Assembly: GCA_030535355.1 (NCBI GenBank)
Contig: JAUNIO010000007.1
Span: forward strand, 15,742 to 79,741
DNA from: a bacterium
GTDB lineage: Bacteria; Vulcanimicrobiota; Xenobia; Xenobiales; Xenobiaceae
Direction of reading: 5' to 3'
DNA: 64,000 bases
Positions 9,756 to 20,205 of the stretch are shown in pieces. The notes beneath the pieces are model-generated. The model had not been told where the DNA came from. It saw only the letters and a program-made list of their open reading frames with translations, and did not search any database. A program made the translations under genes and the position numbers. The stretch's first letter is position 1. Each line of letters starts with the position of its first letter.

Positions 9756-10684
9756 ATACGACATATCGTTTAGGAAGAGCGCTTTACGCTAACTTAGGAA
9801 AAGTAATTTTAGGCAAGACCGACAAATTATTTATTCCCATAGCTGCCATCTTAAGCGCCGGCCATATTTTGTGCACAGATGTGCCAGGAGTAGGCAAAAC
9901 CGTACTGAGCAAGGCCATAGCGCGTTCTCTAGGTTGTTCTTTCTCCCGCCTTCAGTGCACAGCCGACCTGCTTCCTTCCGATATTATCGGCGTTACTATT
10001 TTTAATCAGAAAACCGCCGAGTTTGAGCTGCGCCGCGGCCCAGTTTTCAGCCAAGTCTTTCTAGCCGACGAGATCAATCGCGCCACTCCTAAAGCCCAGT
10101 CAGCTTTGCTGGAATGTATGGAAGAGCGCCAAGTTACCATCGACGGCAAAGAACTGCCCTTACTGCAGCCGTTTATCGTTTTAGCTACCCAAAATCCCAT
10201 TGAATACGAAGGCACGTTTCCTCTCCCCGAAGCTCAGCTGGATCGTTTCATGGTTTCGCTGTCGCTGGGCTATCCCGATCCTGACGCGGAAAGCTCCATG
10301 TTAAGCCAGCAGCAGCATTACCATCCTTTAGAAGACATCAGCCAAATTACTACTGCTGAAGAATTAAAACTGGCTCACGAAGAAGTGCGCCGGGTCACAG
10401 TCAGCAGCAGCATTGTTAAATACATCGTTTCCTTGGTGAATCACACCCGCCAATCCCATCTTTTAACTTTAGGTTCCAGTCCCCGAGGCTCGCAAGCGCT
10501 TTTCCGAGGTGCTCAGGCTTTAGCAGCTATGCAAAACCGCACCTACGTAATACCAGACGATGTGCAGGCCTTGGCGAGAGCGACTCTCCAGCACCGTCTC
10601 ATTCCTCAGCGCCGCCACGACCGCAATGCCGCCCTGCAGGCCGTAGAAGAAGCGCTCTCCGCCATACCAGTACCAGTCAGCTAA
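9743..10684 (+). CDS. MoxR-family AAA+ ATPase
   Basis: Walker A is PGVGKT and Walker B is FLADEINRA. It also has the ATQNPIEYEGTFPLPEAQLDRF signature. It overlaps the upstream phosphoesterase gene by 13 nt. Confidence 0.9.
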   Translation: MSGVDTTYRLGRALYANLGKVILGKTDKLFIPIAAILSAGHILCTDVPGVGKTVLSKAIARSLGCSFSRLQCTADLLPSDIIGVTIFNQKTAEFELRRGPVFSQVFLADEINRATPKAQSALLECMEERQVTIDGKELPLLQPFIVLATQNPIEYEGTFPLPEAQLDRFMVSLSLGYPDPDAESSMLSQQQHYHPLEDISQITTAEELKLAHEEVRRVTVSSSIVKYIVSLVNHTRQSHLLTLGSSPRGSQALFRGAQALAAMQNRTYVIPDDVQALARATLQHRLIPQRRHDRNAALQAVEEALSAIPVPVS

Positions 10685-10812
10685 ATCGCTGGGAAATGGC
10701 CGCAGGCCAATAATTACGTGGCCGCAGGCCTACAATTAGCAAGTTTTATCCATAACGGCGCCAGTCAACGATTGGCGCTTATATATTAAAGCAATAAGGA
10801 CGCAAAACCGAC

Positions 10813-11847
10813 ATGGCCCTGACAATCGGATTAACAGGACTGGCTCAGTCCGGCAAAACTACCCTATTTAACTCCCTCACCAATATGGCCAACGCCAGTG
10901 AAACTGGAAAAGGACGCCCTATGGCTCATGTCCAGGTTCCCGATCCGCGTCTTTGGGAACTTTCCGAGATATTTAAGCCCAAGAAGACCACTCCTGCCAC
11001 AGTAGATTTTCTCGACATGCCTTCCGGCGGCACTTCCAGCTTAAGCCCCCAAGCTGTAGCTGAAATCCGCACTGCTACCGTATTAGTAGAAGTCGTGCGC
11101 TGTTTTCAGCATCCCTATCTCGAGGGTGTCAACCCGGTAGCTGACATGGAAAACTTTGAAACCGAGCTAATGCTGGCCGATCTCAAAGTTATTGAAGGCA
11201 AACTGGAGCGGGCTAAAAAAATGGACGCCCACGAGCGTTCGCTCATCGAAGCCCTGGCCGCGCCGCTGAGCGATGGAGATTACAACTCTATCCCCCAGTT
11301 TAACGACGAAGATAAAAAAATACTCTCCGGCTTAGGCCTGCTCTGTCTCAAGCCCTGCCTAGTTGTGGCCAATATTCCGGAAGCCGAACTCAGCGGAGAT
11401 AGCCCTGCTTTTAAAAAGGTCCAGGAATTTGCGGCTTCGCGCCACATGCCATCCATAGCCGTATGCGCCGATATTGAAGCTCAGCTGGCCGAATTGAGCG
11501 ATGATGATCGCGCCGTTTTTATGGAAGACCTGCATATCGAAAAGAGCGGCTTAGAGCAGCTCATCAGCATGTGCTATCAGCGCCTGGGCCTGCAGACCTT
11601 CTTCACCGCCGGCGAAGACGAATGCCGCGCCTGGACTACGGCTGTCGGTGCCAAAGCCCCAGAAGCCGCCGGAGAGATTCACACAGATTTGCAGCGGGGG
11701 TTTATCCGCGCCGAAGTCATCAACTACGACACGTTTATGACTTGCAAAAGCTTAAACGCCGCCAAAGACAAAGGCCTTCTGCGCGTTGAAGGCAAGGAAT
11801 ACGTCGTTCAGGACGGCGATATTCTCAACATTAGATTTAATGTATAG
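10813..11847 (+). CDS. ychF: redox-regulated ATPase YchF
   Basis: Has an N-terminal G1 motif (GLAQSGKTTLFN) and a C-terminal TGS-like segment (AWT...GAKAPEAAGEIHTDLQRGFIRAEV...GKEYVVQDGDILNIRFNV). Confidence 0.85.
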   Translation: MALTIGLTGLAQSGKTTLFNSLTNMANASETGKGRPMAHVQVPDPRLWELSEIFKPKKTTPATVDFLDMPSGGTSSLSPQAVAEIRTATVLVEVVRCFQHPYLEGVNPVADMENFETELMLADLKVIEGKLERAKKMDAHERSLIEALAAPLSDGDYNSIPQFNDEDKKILSGLGLLCLKPCLVVANIPEAELSGDSPAFKKVQEFAASRHMPSIAVCADIEAQLAELSDDDRAVFMEDLHIEKSGLEQLISMCYQRLGLQTFFTAGEDECRAWTTAVGAKAPEAAGEIHTDLQRGFIRAEVINYDTFMTCKSLNAAKDKGLLRVEGKEYVVQDGDILNIRFNV

Positions 11848-12072
11848 CCAATGTCATTTAGTTAAGACTCAATGACATTGGAGATGTTGACTCATATACA
11901 ACTATCGCCACGCTTATGCCCGGGTACAAGCTAGCCTATAACATAAGCTAAACCTCGATTCTCCAACAGTCTTGGGCACCCCCTCTGTCGCGTTCGCGAC
12001 TTCTCCCCCTCCCATCCTTTAGGGGGAGTCAGATAGTTTCGCAAGTTAGCTGATCGCTAACTGAATAGTATT
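11848..12072 (+). mobile_element. MITE-like repeat, copy 2, inserted at the ychF/mnmG junction
   Basis: Full-length element flanked by the perfect direct repeat AATGTATAGCC at 11839-11849 and 12073-12083. Confidence 0.8.
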
Positions 12073-12073
12073 A

Positions 12074-14020
12074 ATGTATAGCCATACCGCTTTTCCAAAC
12101 CATTTTGATGTAGCCGTAGTCGGGGGCGGTCACGCCGGCATAGAAGCTTCTTTAGCAGCAGCACGGCTAGGGATGCAGACGGCCTTAGTTACCACCCGTC
12201 CCAATTACTGTGGGCGTATGCCCTGCAATCCTTCTATTGGCGGCCCCGCCAAAGCTCATCTCGTGCGCGAAATCGACGCTCTAGGCGGCGAGATGGCGCG
12301 CACCATCGACCGCACTCACATCCATATCCGCAACCTAAACACCAGCAAAGGGCCAGCCGTTCAGGCTTTGCGCGCTCAAGCCGACCGTCCCCGCTACGCC
12401 CAAGCCATGCAGGAAGTTCTGCAGGGACAAGAGCGTTTACAGATTATATCTGACAGCGCCCGCGAGCTGCTCTGCGACGGGCAGTCTATTGTTGGCTTGC
12501 GCTGCGCCTCGGGATTGGAGATCAGCTGCCGCGCCATAATTCTAACCACGGGAACTTTTTTGGAAGGGCTGCTGCATTTGGGCAATTACAGCACCCCTGG
12601 AGGCCGGTCCGGCGAAGCTCCAGCCCGCGGGCTAAGCGCAGCGCTGGCCAGCTTAGGCTTGCGGCTGGGGCGCATGAAAACAGGGACCTGTCCCCGCCTG
12701 CACCGCGATTCCATTGGCTATGATGGCTTGGACACCCTAGACCCCAGCTATGCAGGCTTAGTCTTTTCCGATCTCTCTCCCCGCCATTCCCCTCCCCAAC
12801 AGGTCCAATGCTTCATCACCCGCACCAATGAGAAGACCAAAGAGATCATTTTAGCCAACCTGTACCGCTCCCCGCTGTACGGATCAGCAGATGTGCCCAT
12901 TACCGGCATCGGCCCGCGCTACTGCCCCTCCATCGAAGATAAATTTGTGCGCTTTCCCGAGCACAAATATCACCTGGTCTTTTTAGAGCCGGAAGGGTTT
13001 GATGTTCCCGAGGTCTATCTGCAGGGCGTCTCCACCAGCTTGCCTTTTGATGTGCAGCTGGCGCTGATCCGCACCCTGCCCGGTTTAGAAAACGCCCAAA
13101 TAGTACGGCCTGGCTACGCTGTCGAATACGATTACGTCGATCCTACCCAGCTGGAGCATACTCTGGCGGTGCGCGGCTGGAAAGGGCTGTTCTTAGCGGG
13201 ACAGATCAACGGCACGTCGGGCTATGAAGAAGCGGCAGCCCAAGGGCTTCTGGCCGGAATTAATGCTTCCCGCTTCGTCAATTCCCAAGAGCTGATCACC
13301 ATAAGGCGCGACCAGGGTTATTTGGGCGTGCTAATCGACGATCTGGTATGTAAGGGGACCCAAGAGCCTTACCGAATGCACACCAGCCGCGCCGAATACC
13401 GCCTGCTCCTGCGTCAGGACAACAGCGATGAGCGGCTCACGCCCCTGGGCCGCGACATCGGTTTAGTCAGCGCTGAGCGCTGGCAGCGTTACCGTGAGCG
13501 GCAAGATGCCGTAGAAGCCGAGATACATAGGCTGAACAGCACCTTCGTCAGCCAGGCGCAAGCCCAGCGCTATAGCCAGGCGCTGCAGCGCTCAGTAGCT
13601 CCCGGGCAAACCTTAGCCAATTTAGTCAAACAGCCTGGAGTAAGCCTGGCTCTGCTCCGCCAATGCGACGGATTAGAGGAGCTCGATCTGCAGGTCAATA
13701 CCAAAACTGAAGTCAGCCTCAAATACGAAGGCTACATCGACGCCCAAAAGCGCGAAGTGGAACGCGCTGCCAAATGGGAACGCCTGACTATACCCGACGA
13801 TTACCGCTACGAAGAATTAGCGGGCATCTCCTTAGAAGCCAAAGAAAAGTGGAACCGCATCCGCCCCCACAATGTGGGACAGGCCTCCCGCATTGCCGGT
13901 ATAGCCCCCGCCGACGTCACAGCTCTGGTCGTAAATCTGCGCGGCCTTCCGCCAGCCAGAAAGCACCAGCGCCCTGCCAATAATGCGACCCCTTCTGGAC
14001 CTCAAGACCATGCCTTTTAA
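12074..14020 (+). CDS. mnmG: tRNA uridine 5-carboxymethylaminomethyl modification enzyme MnmG
   Basis: [11 protein letters not shown] is an FAD-binding motif. [11 protein letters not shown] and [16 protein letters not shown] are classic GidA signatures. Confidence 0.95.
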   Translation: MYSHTAFPNHFDVAVVGGGHAGIEASLAAARLGMQTALVTTRPNYCGRMPCNPSIGGPAKAHLVREIDALGGEMARTIDRTHIHIRNLNTSKGPAVQALRAQADRPRYAQAMQEVLQGQERLQIISDSARELLCDGQSIVGLRCASGLEISCRAIILTTGTFLEGLLHLGNYSTPGGRSGEAPARGLSAALASLGLRLGRMKTGTCPRLHRDSIGYDGLDTLDPSYAGLVFSDLSPRHSPPQQVQCFITRTNEKTKEIILANLYRSPLYGSADVPITGIGPRYCPSIEDKFVRFPEHKYHLVFLEPEGFDVPEVYLQGVSTSLPFDVQLALIRTLPGLENAQIVRPGYAVEYDYVDPTQLEHTLAVRGWKGLFLAGQINGTSGYEEAAAQGLLAGINASRFVNSQELITIRRDQGYLGVLIDDLVCKGTQEPYRMHTSRAEYRLLLRQDNSDERLTPLGRDIGLVSAERWQRYRERQDAVEAEIHRLNSTFVSQAQAQRYSQALQRSVAPGQTLANLVKQPGVSLALLRQCDGLEELDLQVNTKTEVSLKYEGYIDAQKREVERAAKWERLTIPDDYRYEELAGISLEAKEKWNRIRPHNVGQASRIAGIAPADVTALVVNLRGLPPARKHQRPANNATPSGPQDHAF

Positions 14021-14717
14021 CCGTTTGCTCTCCGCAGGCCTTGCCTCGTTAAATATCACCCCAACCGCCAAACAGCTAGAGCTGCTGGCCCGCTATGCCT
14101 CCAATATGTTCAGCGAAGGGGAAACGCGCGGGCTAACCGCCCTCAAGGACCCGGAAAAATTGGCCCGGGAACTCATCATCGACGCCGTAAGCGCTGTGCC
14201 CTTGCTCCGTGAGGCTGCCCATATTGCCGATTTGGGATCGGGCGGAGGGACGCCGGGCCTGCCCCTGGCCATCATGCTGGAAAACAGCCGCTTTACCTTA
14301 GTTGAATCCAACCAGCGCAAAGCCCGCTGGATCGCCGAGCAAATCGCAGACCTGCAGCTGCAGGATCGGGTCAGCGTCAGCACCAAGCGCATAGAAGAAT
14401 TGGGCAGAGACAGCGCCTACCGGCAGCGCTGCGACGCCGTAGTGGCTAAAGCTCTGGCTGCCCTGCCCGCGCTGGTAGAGTTAGCTGTGCCGCTGCTCAG
14501 AGTACAAGGACAGCTCTGCGCCTATAAAGGCAGCAAATTTGCCCAAGAGATTGCGGATTCCCAACGGGCCTTGCGCGAGCTGCGCGCCCAGGTCCACAGC
14601 GTTTACCATTATAGTTTAGAGGGCATGGATCGGGTCATCGTGCAAATAGTTAAGCTGCAGGATACGCCGAAAATTTATCCCCGGCGCATCGGCCTTCCTC
14701 AGCACAGCCCGCTCTAA
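13983..14717 (+). CDS. rsmG: 16S rRNA (guanine527-N7)-methyltransferase RsmG
   Basis: [15 protein letters not shown] is the SAM-binding motif, and the gene sits directly after mnmG. The true start may be the ATG at 14010. Confidence 0.85.
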   Translation: MRPLLDLKTMPFNRLLSAGLASLNITPTAKQLELLARYASNMFSEGETRGLTALKDPEKLARELIIDAVSAVPLLREAAHIADLGSGGGTPGLPLAIMLENSRFTLVESNQRKARWIAEQIADLQLQDRVSVSTKRIEELGRDSAYRQRCDAVVAKALAALPALVELAVPLLRVQGQLCAYKGSKFAQEIADSQRALRELRAQVHSVYHYSLEGMDRVIVQIVKLQDTPKIYPRRIGLPQHSPL

Positions 14718-14774
14718 GCAAATTCCGCCCTGTCAAAAGCCCTGCCAAGAGCGCCTCAGGCCTGCAAAGCGAGT

Positions 14775-16160
14775 TTACTTGCCCAGGCAAAACGCAGAAA
14801 AAACCCGATCGAGAATATCTTCGCTGACATTTTCCCCCGTCACTTCGCCTAGGCAGCCCAGCGCTCTATGCAGATCGCTGAGCAGGCAGTCACTGGGCAT
14901 AGCCAGAGCCACTCCCTGCCGGTAACTCTGCAGAGCATCTCCTGCACGGTTAAGCGCCTGCATCTGGCGCTGATTGACGCTGACAACCCCCTCGCCGTAT
15001 TTATCGGTAACTGCGCGAATGCGCTCGGCAAGGCGCTGCTTAATGAGGGGCAAATCGCTATCATCGAGCAGGCTGACGCTCAGAACACTCCCCGCGGCAG
15101 CGCCGAAATGGACAGCGGCCTCGCTCTCGCTGAGTTTTACACCTAAATCGCGCTTATTGAGCAAAATCAGCGGATCTGTGCCCGCCGTTAAGCTGACCAG
15201 CTCCTCATTTTCTCTATTCCAAGCTGAGCTGCCATCTAAAATAACCACATTGAGCTCGGCCTTTTCTATAGCCTCGCGCGTGCGCTGCATTCCCAGCTGC
15301 TCAACATAATCCGCACTCTGATGCAGCCCCGCCGTATCTATTAAGTGCAGATAGCAGCCATTCACCGTACAGCTGGCCTCTAAACGGTCGCGGGTTGTCC
15401 CCGGGATGGGCGTCACCAAAGCCCTTTCTTCCCCCAGAAGCTTATTCCACAGCGTGGATTTGCCGGCGTTAGGCGGCCCGCTCAGGGCTACGTTTACGCC
15501 TTGGGCCAAAACATCGCCGCTTCGCGCATCGCTTAGCAGCAAATAAATGTCTCTAGAGACACCATCTGCTTCGGCTGTTTGCTCCTCCGCAGACACGCTA
15601 TCTACCTCTTCGCCAAAATCTATTTCAGCTTCTAAGCGGGCAATCAAATTCAGCAACCGCGAGCGCAGGCGCTTTACGCGCTGAGACAAGGCCCCTTCCA
15701 AGCCTTGGGCCTGCAAACGCACTGCAGCAGCGGAACTGGCCTGAATTAAGCCCAAAACGGCTTCTGCCTGGGCCAGGTCCAGCTTGCCATTGAGAAAGGC
15801 CCGCAGGGTAAACTCGCCTGGCTCAGCCAAACGCGCACCCAGTTCCACGCAGCGGTCCACGATTAAAGAGGGCAAAAGAAGGCCGCCGTGGCAGTGAATT
15901 TCCGCTACATTCTCACCCGTATAGCTGTGCGGGGCCGTCATAAACACGGCCAAAACTTCGTCCAAGACTGCTTTCTGGGCATCTAAAACTCTGCCCAGAT
16001 ACATATGACGCGGCTGCCAGCTGTCAGATAAGTGCCGGGGACGCTCGACTAAAGCGCGTAAAATTGTGTCACAGCCAGAACCGCTTAAACGCACAATAGC
16101 TACTCCGCCCTCACCGCGCGGTGTAGCTATCGCCACAATAACTTCAGATAAATTAAGCAA
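14775..16160 (-). CDS. mnmE: tRNA modification GTPase MnmE
   Basis: Has the N-terminal IVRLSG motif, a G domain (GPPNAGKSTL, DTAG, NKRD) and the C-terminal CLGK tetrapeptide. Confidence 0.95.
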   Translation of the reverse strand: MLNLSEVIVAIATPRGEGGVAIVRLSGSGCDTILRALVERPRHLSDSWQPRHMYLGRVLDAQKAVLDEVLAVFMTAPHSYTGENVAEIHCHGGLLLPSLIVDRCVELGARLAEPGEFTLRAFLNGKLDLAQAEAVLGLIQASSAAAVRLQAQGLEGALSQRVKRLRSRLLNLIARLEAEIDFGEEVDSVSAEEQTAEADGVSRDIYLLLSDARSGDVLAQGVNVALSGPPNAGKSTLWNKLLGEERALVTPIPGTTRDRLEASCTVNGCYLHLIDTAGLHQSADYVEQLGMQRTREAIEKAELNVVILDGSSAWNRENEELVSLTAGTDPLILLNKRDLGVKLSESEAAVHFGAAAGSVLSVSLLDDSDLPLIKQRLAERIRAVTDKYGEGVVSVNQRQMQALNRAGDALQSYRQGVALAMPSDCLLSDLHRALGCLGEVTGENVSEDILDRVFSAFCLGK

Positions 16161-16161
16161 A

Positions 16162-16728
16162 TTAGCAATTCCGCGGGATAATGATCACCCGGCGCTCCGG
16201 CTCGTCGCCTTCGGATTCGGTTTCCACATTGGGATTGCTTTTCAGCGTCATGTGAATAGTGCGGCGGTCGCTGGAAGGCATGGGTTCCAATTCGACCTCG
16301 CGCCCCTGCTGAATCGCTAATTCAGCGCTTCTCAAAGCTAAACGACGCAGATTGACCTCGCGGCGCTCGCGGTAGCCTTCGATATCGACGATGATCATGT
16401 GCTCCACTAGCTGCTGATGAGAGTTAATGACGCCCACGATATACTGCAGGGCTTCCAAAGTACTGCCGTGACGGCCAATTAATGCGCCTAAGTCTTTGCC
16501 CTCGACGTAATAGCGCACGTGATCGGGCCAATCTTCCCATTCGATATCGGCATCGGCAAAACCCATGCGGGAAACGATCTCGTAAAGCAAATCGGCGATC
16601 TTATCGTCGGCGACTACCGCGGAATCAGCGCGTTCCTCTTCTTCTGGATCGTCATCGTAATAATCTTCGTCGTATTCATCAGCGCCTTTATCGTCAAAAC
16701 GCTCTTCATCAATATATTTGCGCATCAT
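16162..16728 (-). CDS. jag: Jag-type KH/R3H RNA-binding protein
   Basis: Has a KH-like segment (GALIGRHGSTLEALQYI) and an R3H-like segment (RRTIHMTL). It lies between yidC and mnmE. Confidence 0.8.
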   Translation of the reverse strand: MMRKYIDEERFDDKGADEYDEDYYDDDPEEEERADSAVVADDKIADLLYEIVSRMGFADADIEWEDWPDHVRYYVEGKDLGALIGRHGSTLEALQYIVGVINSHQQLVEHMIIVDIEGYRERREVNLRRLALRSAELAIQQGREVELEPMPSSDRRTIHMTLKSNPNVETESEGDEPERRVIIIPRNC

Positions 16729-17000
16729 TATAAATGACTAATTACCGTGTTAATAACGCAAAGGAGCTAAGATAGACCGTTAAAAAGCTTAGATAAACAG
16801 AAATGAAAAAAGTGGAAAGTAACAGGAATTCGGGAAAGCTCAACGATTAGAAAAATGGAAGATCGAAGCTCGATTTGCCCTAAACAGTGTAACCGCCATA
16901 AACCTCGCTTTCGTAAAAATAGAGAAATAATTTCAGCTCTTGTAAATTAATCAGGCTAAACACCCAAAAAGCAAAAATTTAGTTAAATATAACATAAATA

Positions 17001-17035
17001 ATAAGTAAGCGTCAAATAATATTGCGCTTACTTAT
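17001..17035 (-). terminator. possible intrinsic terminator downstream of yidC
   Basis: ATAAGTAAGCG and CGCTTACTTAT form an 11-bp stem with a 13-nt loop. An A/T-rich tract follows on the minus strand. Confidence 0.35.
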
Positions 17036-17108
17036 ATAAATTATATACGTCAGAATTAAAGCTGCCTTCCAGCAAAATAAAAACAGTCTGCGGCTGAAAG
17101 CCCACTCC

Positions 17109-17813
17109 TTAGCCCGCAGTGGTAGGCACAGAGGTCCCCGAAAGCTGAGAACTTTCGGAACCGCGCATGATCATAACCTGCTGAATTATGGTCAGCAGAG
17201 AGAAAATGCTCCAGTACAGTATCAGCGCACAAGGCCAGTTGTAAGCCCACATCATCCAGGAAAACATTAATGTCATGAATATCGCCATTTGCCGTTGCTG
17301 GCCACTGTTGGCTCCCTGACTGGGAGTTAAGCGCTGAGAGAGGTACATGGTCAGCCCATAAAACAAAATCATCGGCAAATCGCGGCCAGCTAAGCTACTG
17401 GCCAGATAATCGGGGAACCAAGCCTGCAACGGACCCGGATGAATCCACATAAAATAAGAATTTTCAAAGAGACGCTGATCCATCATAATCGCCCGCCAGA
17501 TAGCGAAAAGAATGGGCATTTGAATCAGCATAGGCAGACAGCCAGCCATGGGGTTGATTTTATGATCGCGGAAAAGCTCCATCTGTTTCTGCTGCAGAGT
17601 AGCCTGGTCGTCTTTGTACAGTTCCTGCAGCCGCTGAATTTCCGGCTGGATTTTCTGCATATCCTGCATTGACTGATACTGCTGCTTGGTAGGATAGTAA
17701 AGAACCAGCTTAATCAAAACCGCAAACACAACAATTGCCAGCCCATAGGATTGAGTTATCCCCTCCAGGCAGCGCAAAAGTTCTATCATCAATCCAGCAA
17801 AGTAATCAATCAT
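17109..17813 (-). CDS. yidC: membrane protein insertase YidC (short form)
   Basis: 234 aa. Has the conserved PMAGCLPMLIQMPILFA helix, and the synteny fits. Confidence 0.9.
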   Translation of the reverse strand: MIDYFAGLMIELLRCLEGITQSYGLAIVVFAVLIKLVLYYPTKQQYQSMQDMQKIQPEIQRLQELYKDDQATLQQKQMELFRDHKINPMAGCLPMLIQMPILFAIWRAIMMDQRLFENSYFMWIHPGPLQAWFPDYLASSLAGRDLPMILFYGLTMYLSQRLTPSQGANSGQQRQMAIFMTLMFSWMMWAYNWPCALILYWSIFSLLTIIQQVMIMRGSESSQLSGTSVPTTAG

Positions 17814-17990
17814 TTCGAGTAATGTTTCCGCACAATAATTTAGACCGTTATCTCTTTAGCTAACCTTTACCCTAGCCGTTAGCTTAGCCATTACGTCAGC
17901 CATTAACTTAGCCATTAAATAAACGCTTGACCAAACATCAGCATAGCCGCTTAATTAGCCATTACGCTTACTTAGCCATTAACTAAACAG

Positions 17991-18216
17991 TCAGTCCCGT
18001 TAAGTTAGCAATTAGCTAACTTGCGAACTATCTGACTCCCCCTAAAGGATGGGAGGGGGGAGAAGTCGCGGCTGCGACAGAGGGGGTGCCCAAGACTGTT
18101 GGGGAATCGAGGTTTAGCTTGTGTTATGCTCTAGCTTATACGCCGGCATAAACGTAGCGATAATTGTATATGAGTTAACATTTCCAATATCGTTGAGCCT
18201 TAAGTTAACGACATTG
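17991..18216 (-). mobile_element. MITE-like repeat, copy 3 (inverted orientation)
   Basis: This is the reverse complement of the 11848-12072 element. ACTAAACAG occurs on both flanks, but that sequence resembles the element terminus, so calling it a target-site duplication (TSD) is ambiguous. Confidence 0.7.
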
Positions 18217-18235
18217 ACTAAACAGCGATTAGCAA

Positions 18236-18562
18236 CTAAGGGACTGGGTCGTAGCCGCCTTTAGAAAAGGGATTGCAGCGCAAAATCCTATAGGCCCCCA
18301 TAAGAGAACCCTTTATAAAGCCATACTTAACAATGGCCTGACGCGTATACTCAGAACACGTAGGCCTAAATTTACACACAGGAGGAGTGTGCCGGGAAAC
18401 AAATTGATACATGCCTATAAGAGCCAAGGCGCATCGGCTCACGATGTTTGGTTTTCCGGGCGAATCGCTCCCACTTGCCGTGCTAAGGTCAGGAACCTCG
18501 TCTCCAAGAGCGCAAAGGGCGTCTTGGCTGTCGCCGTTCTCGCTAGAAGTATCAGATCGCAT
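18236..18562 (-). CDS. yidD: membrane protein insertion efficiency factor YidD (true start probably internal)
   Basis: The C-terminal [15 protein letters not shown]...[15 protein letters not shown] is the YidD signature. The N-terminal part of the ORF overlaps rnpA. Confidence 0.8.
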   Translation of the reverse strand: MRSDTSSENGDSQDALCALGDEVPDLSTASGSDSPGKPNIVSRCALALIGMYQFVSRHTPPVCKFRPTCSEYTRQAIVKYGFIKGSLMGAYRILRCNPFSKGGYDPVP

Positions 18563-18783
18563 TCGACATCCAGCTTACTGCAATTTAAACGGTACACTTC
18601 GCGCATACGCCGCCGCAGGCGATTGCGGACTACCGCGCCGCCCATCTTTTTGCTGACGCAAAAGGCAACGCGGCTCCGGCCTCTGGGGCGGCGCAGCATG
18701 TAAAGAACCAGCTCCGGAGCGCTAACCGATCTGCCTTGACGGAAGACCCTGTCCAAGTCCCGCGATCGGGCGATCGTCAGCAT
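18439..18783 (-). CDS. rnpA: ribonuclease P protein component
   Basis: A basic 114-aa protein with the RNR-like box [12 protein letters not shown]. It lies directly downstream of rpmH. Confidence 0.85.
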   Translation of the reverse strand: MLTIARSRDLDRVFRQGRSVSAPELVLYMLRRPRGRSRVAFCVSKKMGGAVVRNRLRRRMREVYRLNCSKLDVECDLILLARTATAKTPFALLETRFLTLARQVGAIRPENQTS

Positions 18784-18793
18784 ACAGCGCCTC

Positions 18794-18928
18794 TTAAGCG
18801 GTTAAAGAATGACGGCCTTTTTTGCGGCGGCGGGCCAATACGTTGCGGCCACCCGGGGTAGCCATTCTGGCGAAGAAACCGTGGGTTTTAACGCGGTACA
18901 GTTTCTTGGGTTGGTAAGTGCGTTTCAT
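18794..18928 (-). CDS. rpmH: 50S ribosomal protein L34 (absent from the ORF track because it is under 60 aa)
   Basis: My translation of the minus strand gives [44 protein letters not shown]. That is the canonical L34 sequence. Confidence 0.9.
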   Translation of the reverse strand: MKRTYQPKKLYRVKTHGFFARMATPGGRNVLARRRKKGRHSLTA

Positions 18929-19218
18929 GGAAAATTCCTCCTAAAGCGGAAAACCTTAATTAAACTTTCTCTTAAACCGGCTTCTGATTACAGCCGGGCG
19001 GCCCATTCAAATAATAAGCCAAAAAAACTGAAATATCATAATCTCAAATGCGCATTTTGTCAACAACTTAAGGTTAGCTGATCGCTAAGTTGACGGCATT
19101 GATATATAGACAAGTTTTACTTTAATATAACATTCCGGCAATAATTTTATATGCGGCGCGTTTGCTATAAATGTCACAGACAACATTGACATTCTGATTT
19201 GGCGAAGGAGGCATTTTT

Positions 19219-20205
19219 ATGGAAATAAAAACGGCTCTAGCGTCCGGTCTAGAGATTACCGCAGGCGAAACTAACTATGACACTTCCTGCAAACGAGTCT
19301 TGTCGGAAAAGCATGTTCTAGCTTGGATTTTACACGGCTGCACGAAAGAATTCCGCAATTTCGCTATCGAAACCATAGTCACAGAATGCTTCGGTGAGCG
19401 GCTGCACATATCCGAGGTTCCCGTAGTTCCTGACGAAACCGGCGCATTTCTTCAGGCCAGCGAGGCAGGTTTAACTTCGCCTACTGAAGGCAGCGTTTAC
19501 TTCGACATTTTATTCGATGCCGTCGTACCGTCAAAAGACGAGAGCGTGCGGCTGCTAGTAAATGTCGAAGCCCAGTCGGACTTCTATCCCGGCTATTCCC
19601 TGCTGCAGCGCGGCATGTACTATTGCGGCCGCCTGCTCTCCGCGCAGAACGGGACGGTATTTTCCCAGTCACATTACGAAAATCTGTGCAAAGTATACTC
19701 AATCTGGATCTGCCTTAAACCGCCCAAGTCTAGACAAAATACCATAACTCGCTATTATGTAGCAGAGGACAGCATCATTGGCCGGGTCAGGGATGACGTC
19801 CGCCATTACGACTTATTATCAATAGTTGTGATATGTCTGGGAGACCTCAGGGACGAAACCTGCCGCGGGCTGCTGCGCCTGCTGGCCGTCCTGCTGTCTT
19901 CCAAGATAATGCCGGATGATAAAAAACAGATTTTAAGCGGGGAATTCAACATTCCCATGACGCAGACATTAGACAGGGAGGTGGCGTCAATGTGCAATCT
20001 CGGTCATGCCGTATTTGTCGAAGGTGTAGAACAAGGCCGCAGCGAGGGGCGCAATGAGGGACGCAGCGAGGGTCTGCTGGCTGCCGCACGCAGCATAATG
20101 GAAAAACTAGGACTCAGCTTAGACGAAGCCTTAAATGCGCTCAGCATTCCTGAAGCCGAACGCCAGTATTTCATTAACGCCATCAAGAACGGCGCATGCG
20201 AATAG
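19219..20205 (+). CDS. Rpn/YhgA-like PD-(D/E)XK recombination-promoting nuclease / putative transposase
   Basis: The D...VNVEAQS core is typical of the family. So is the C-terminal EGxEQGRSEGRNEGRSEG repeat followed by a helical tail. Confidence 0.65.
   Translation: MEIKTALASGLEITAGETNYDTSCKRVLSEKHVLAWILHGCTKEFRNFAIETIVTECFGERLHISEVPVVPDETGAFLQASEAGLTSPTEGSVYFDILFDAVVPSKDESVRLLVNVEAQSDFYPGYSLLQRGMYYCGRLLSAQNGTVFSQSHYENLCKVYSIWICLKPPKSRQNTITRYYVAEDSIIGRVRDDVRHYDLLSIVVICLGDLRDETCRGLLRLLAVLLSSKIMPDDKKQILSGEFNIPMTQTLDREVASMCNLGHAVFVEGVEQGRSEGRNEGRSEGLLAAARSIMEKLGLSLDEALNALSIPEAERQYFINAIKNGACE

Noticed and set aside
16729-17108. AT-rich 380-bp jag-yidC spacer, and the 18929-19218 region, considered as oriC
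   Set aside because: There is no dnaA in the window, and I found no cluster of TTATCCACA-like DnaA boxes by eye. The spacer contains a plausible yidC terminator instead.
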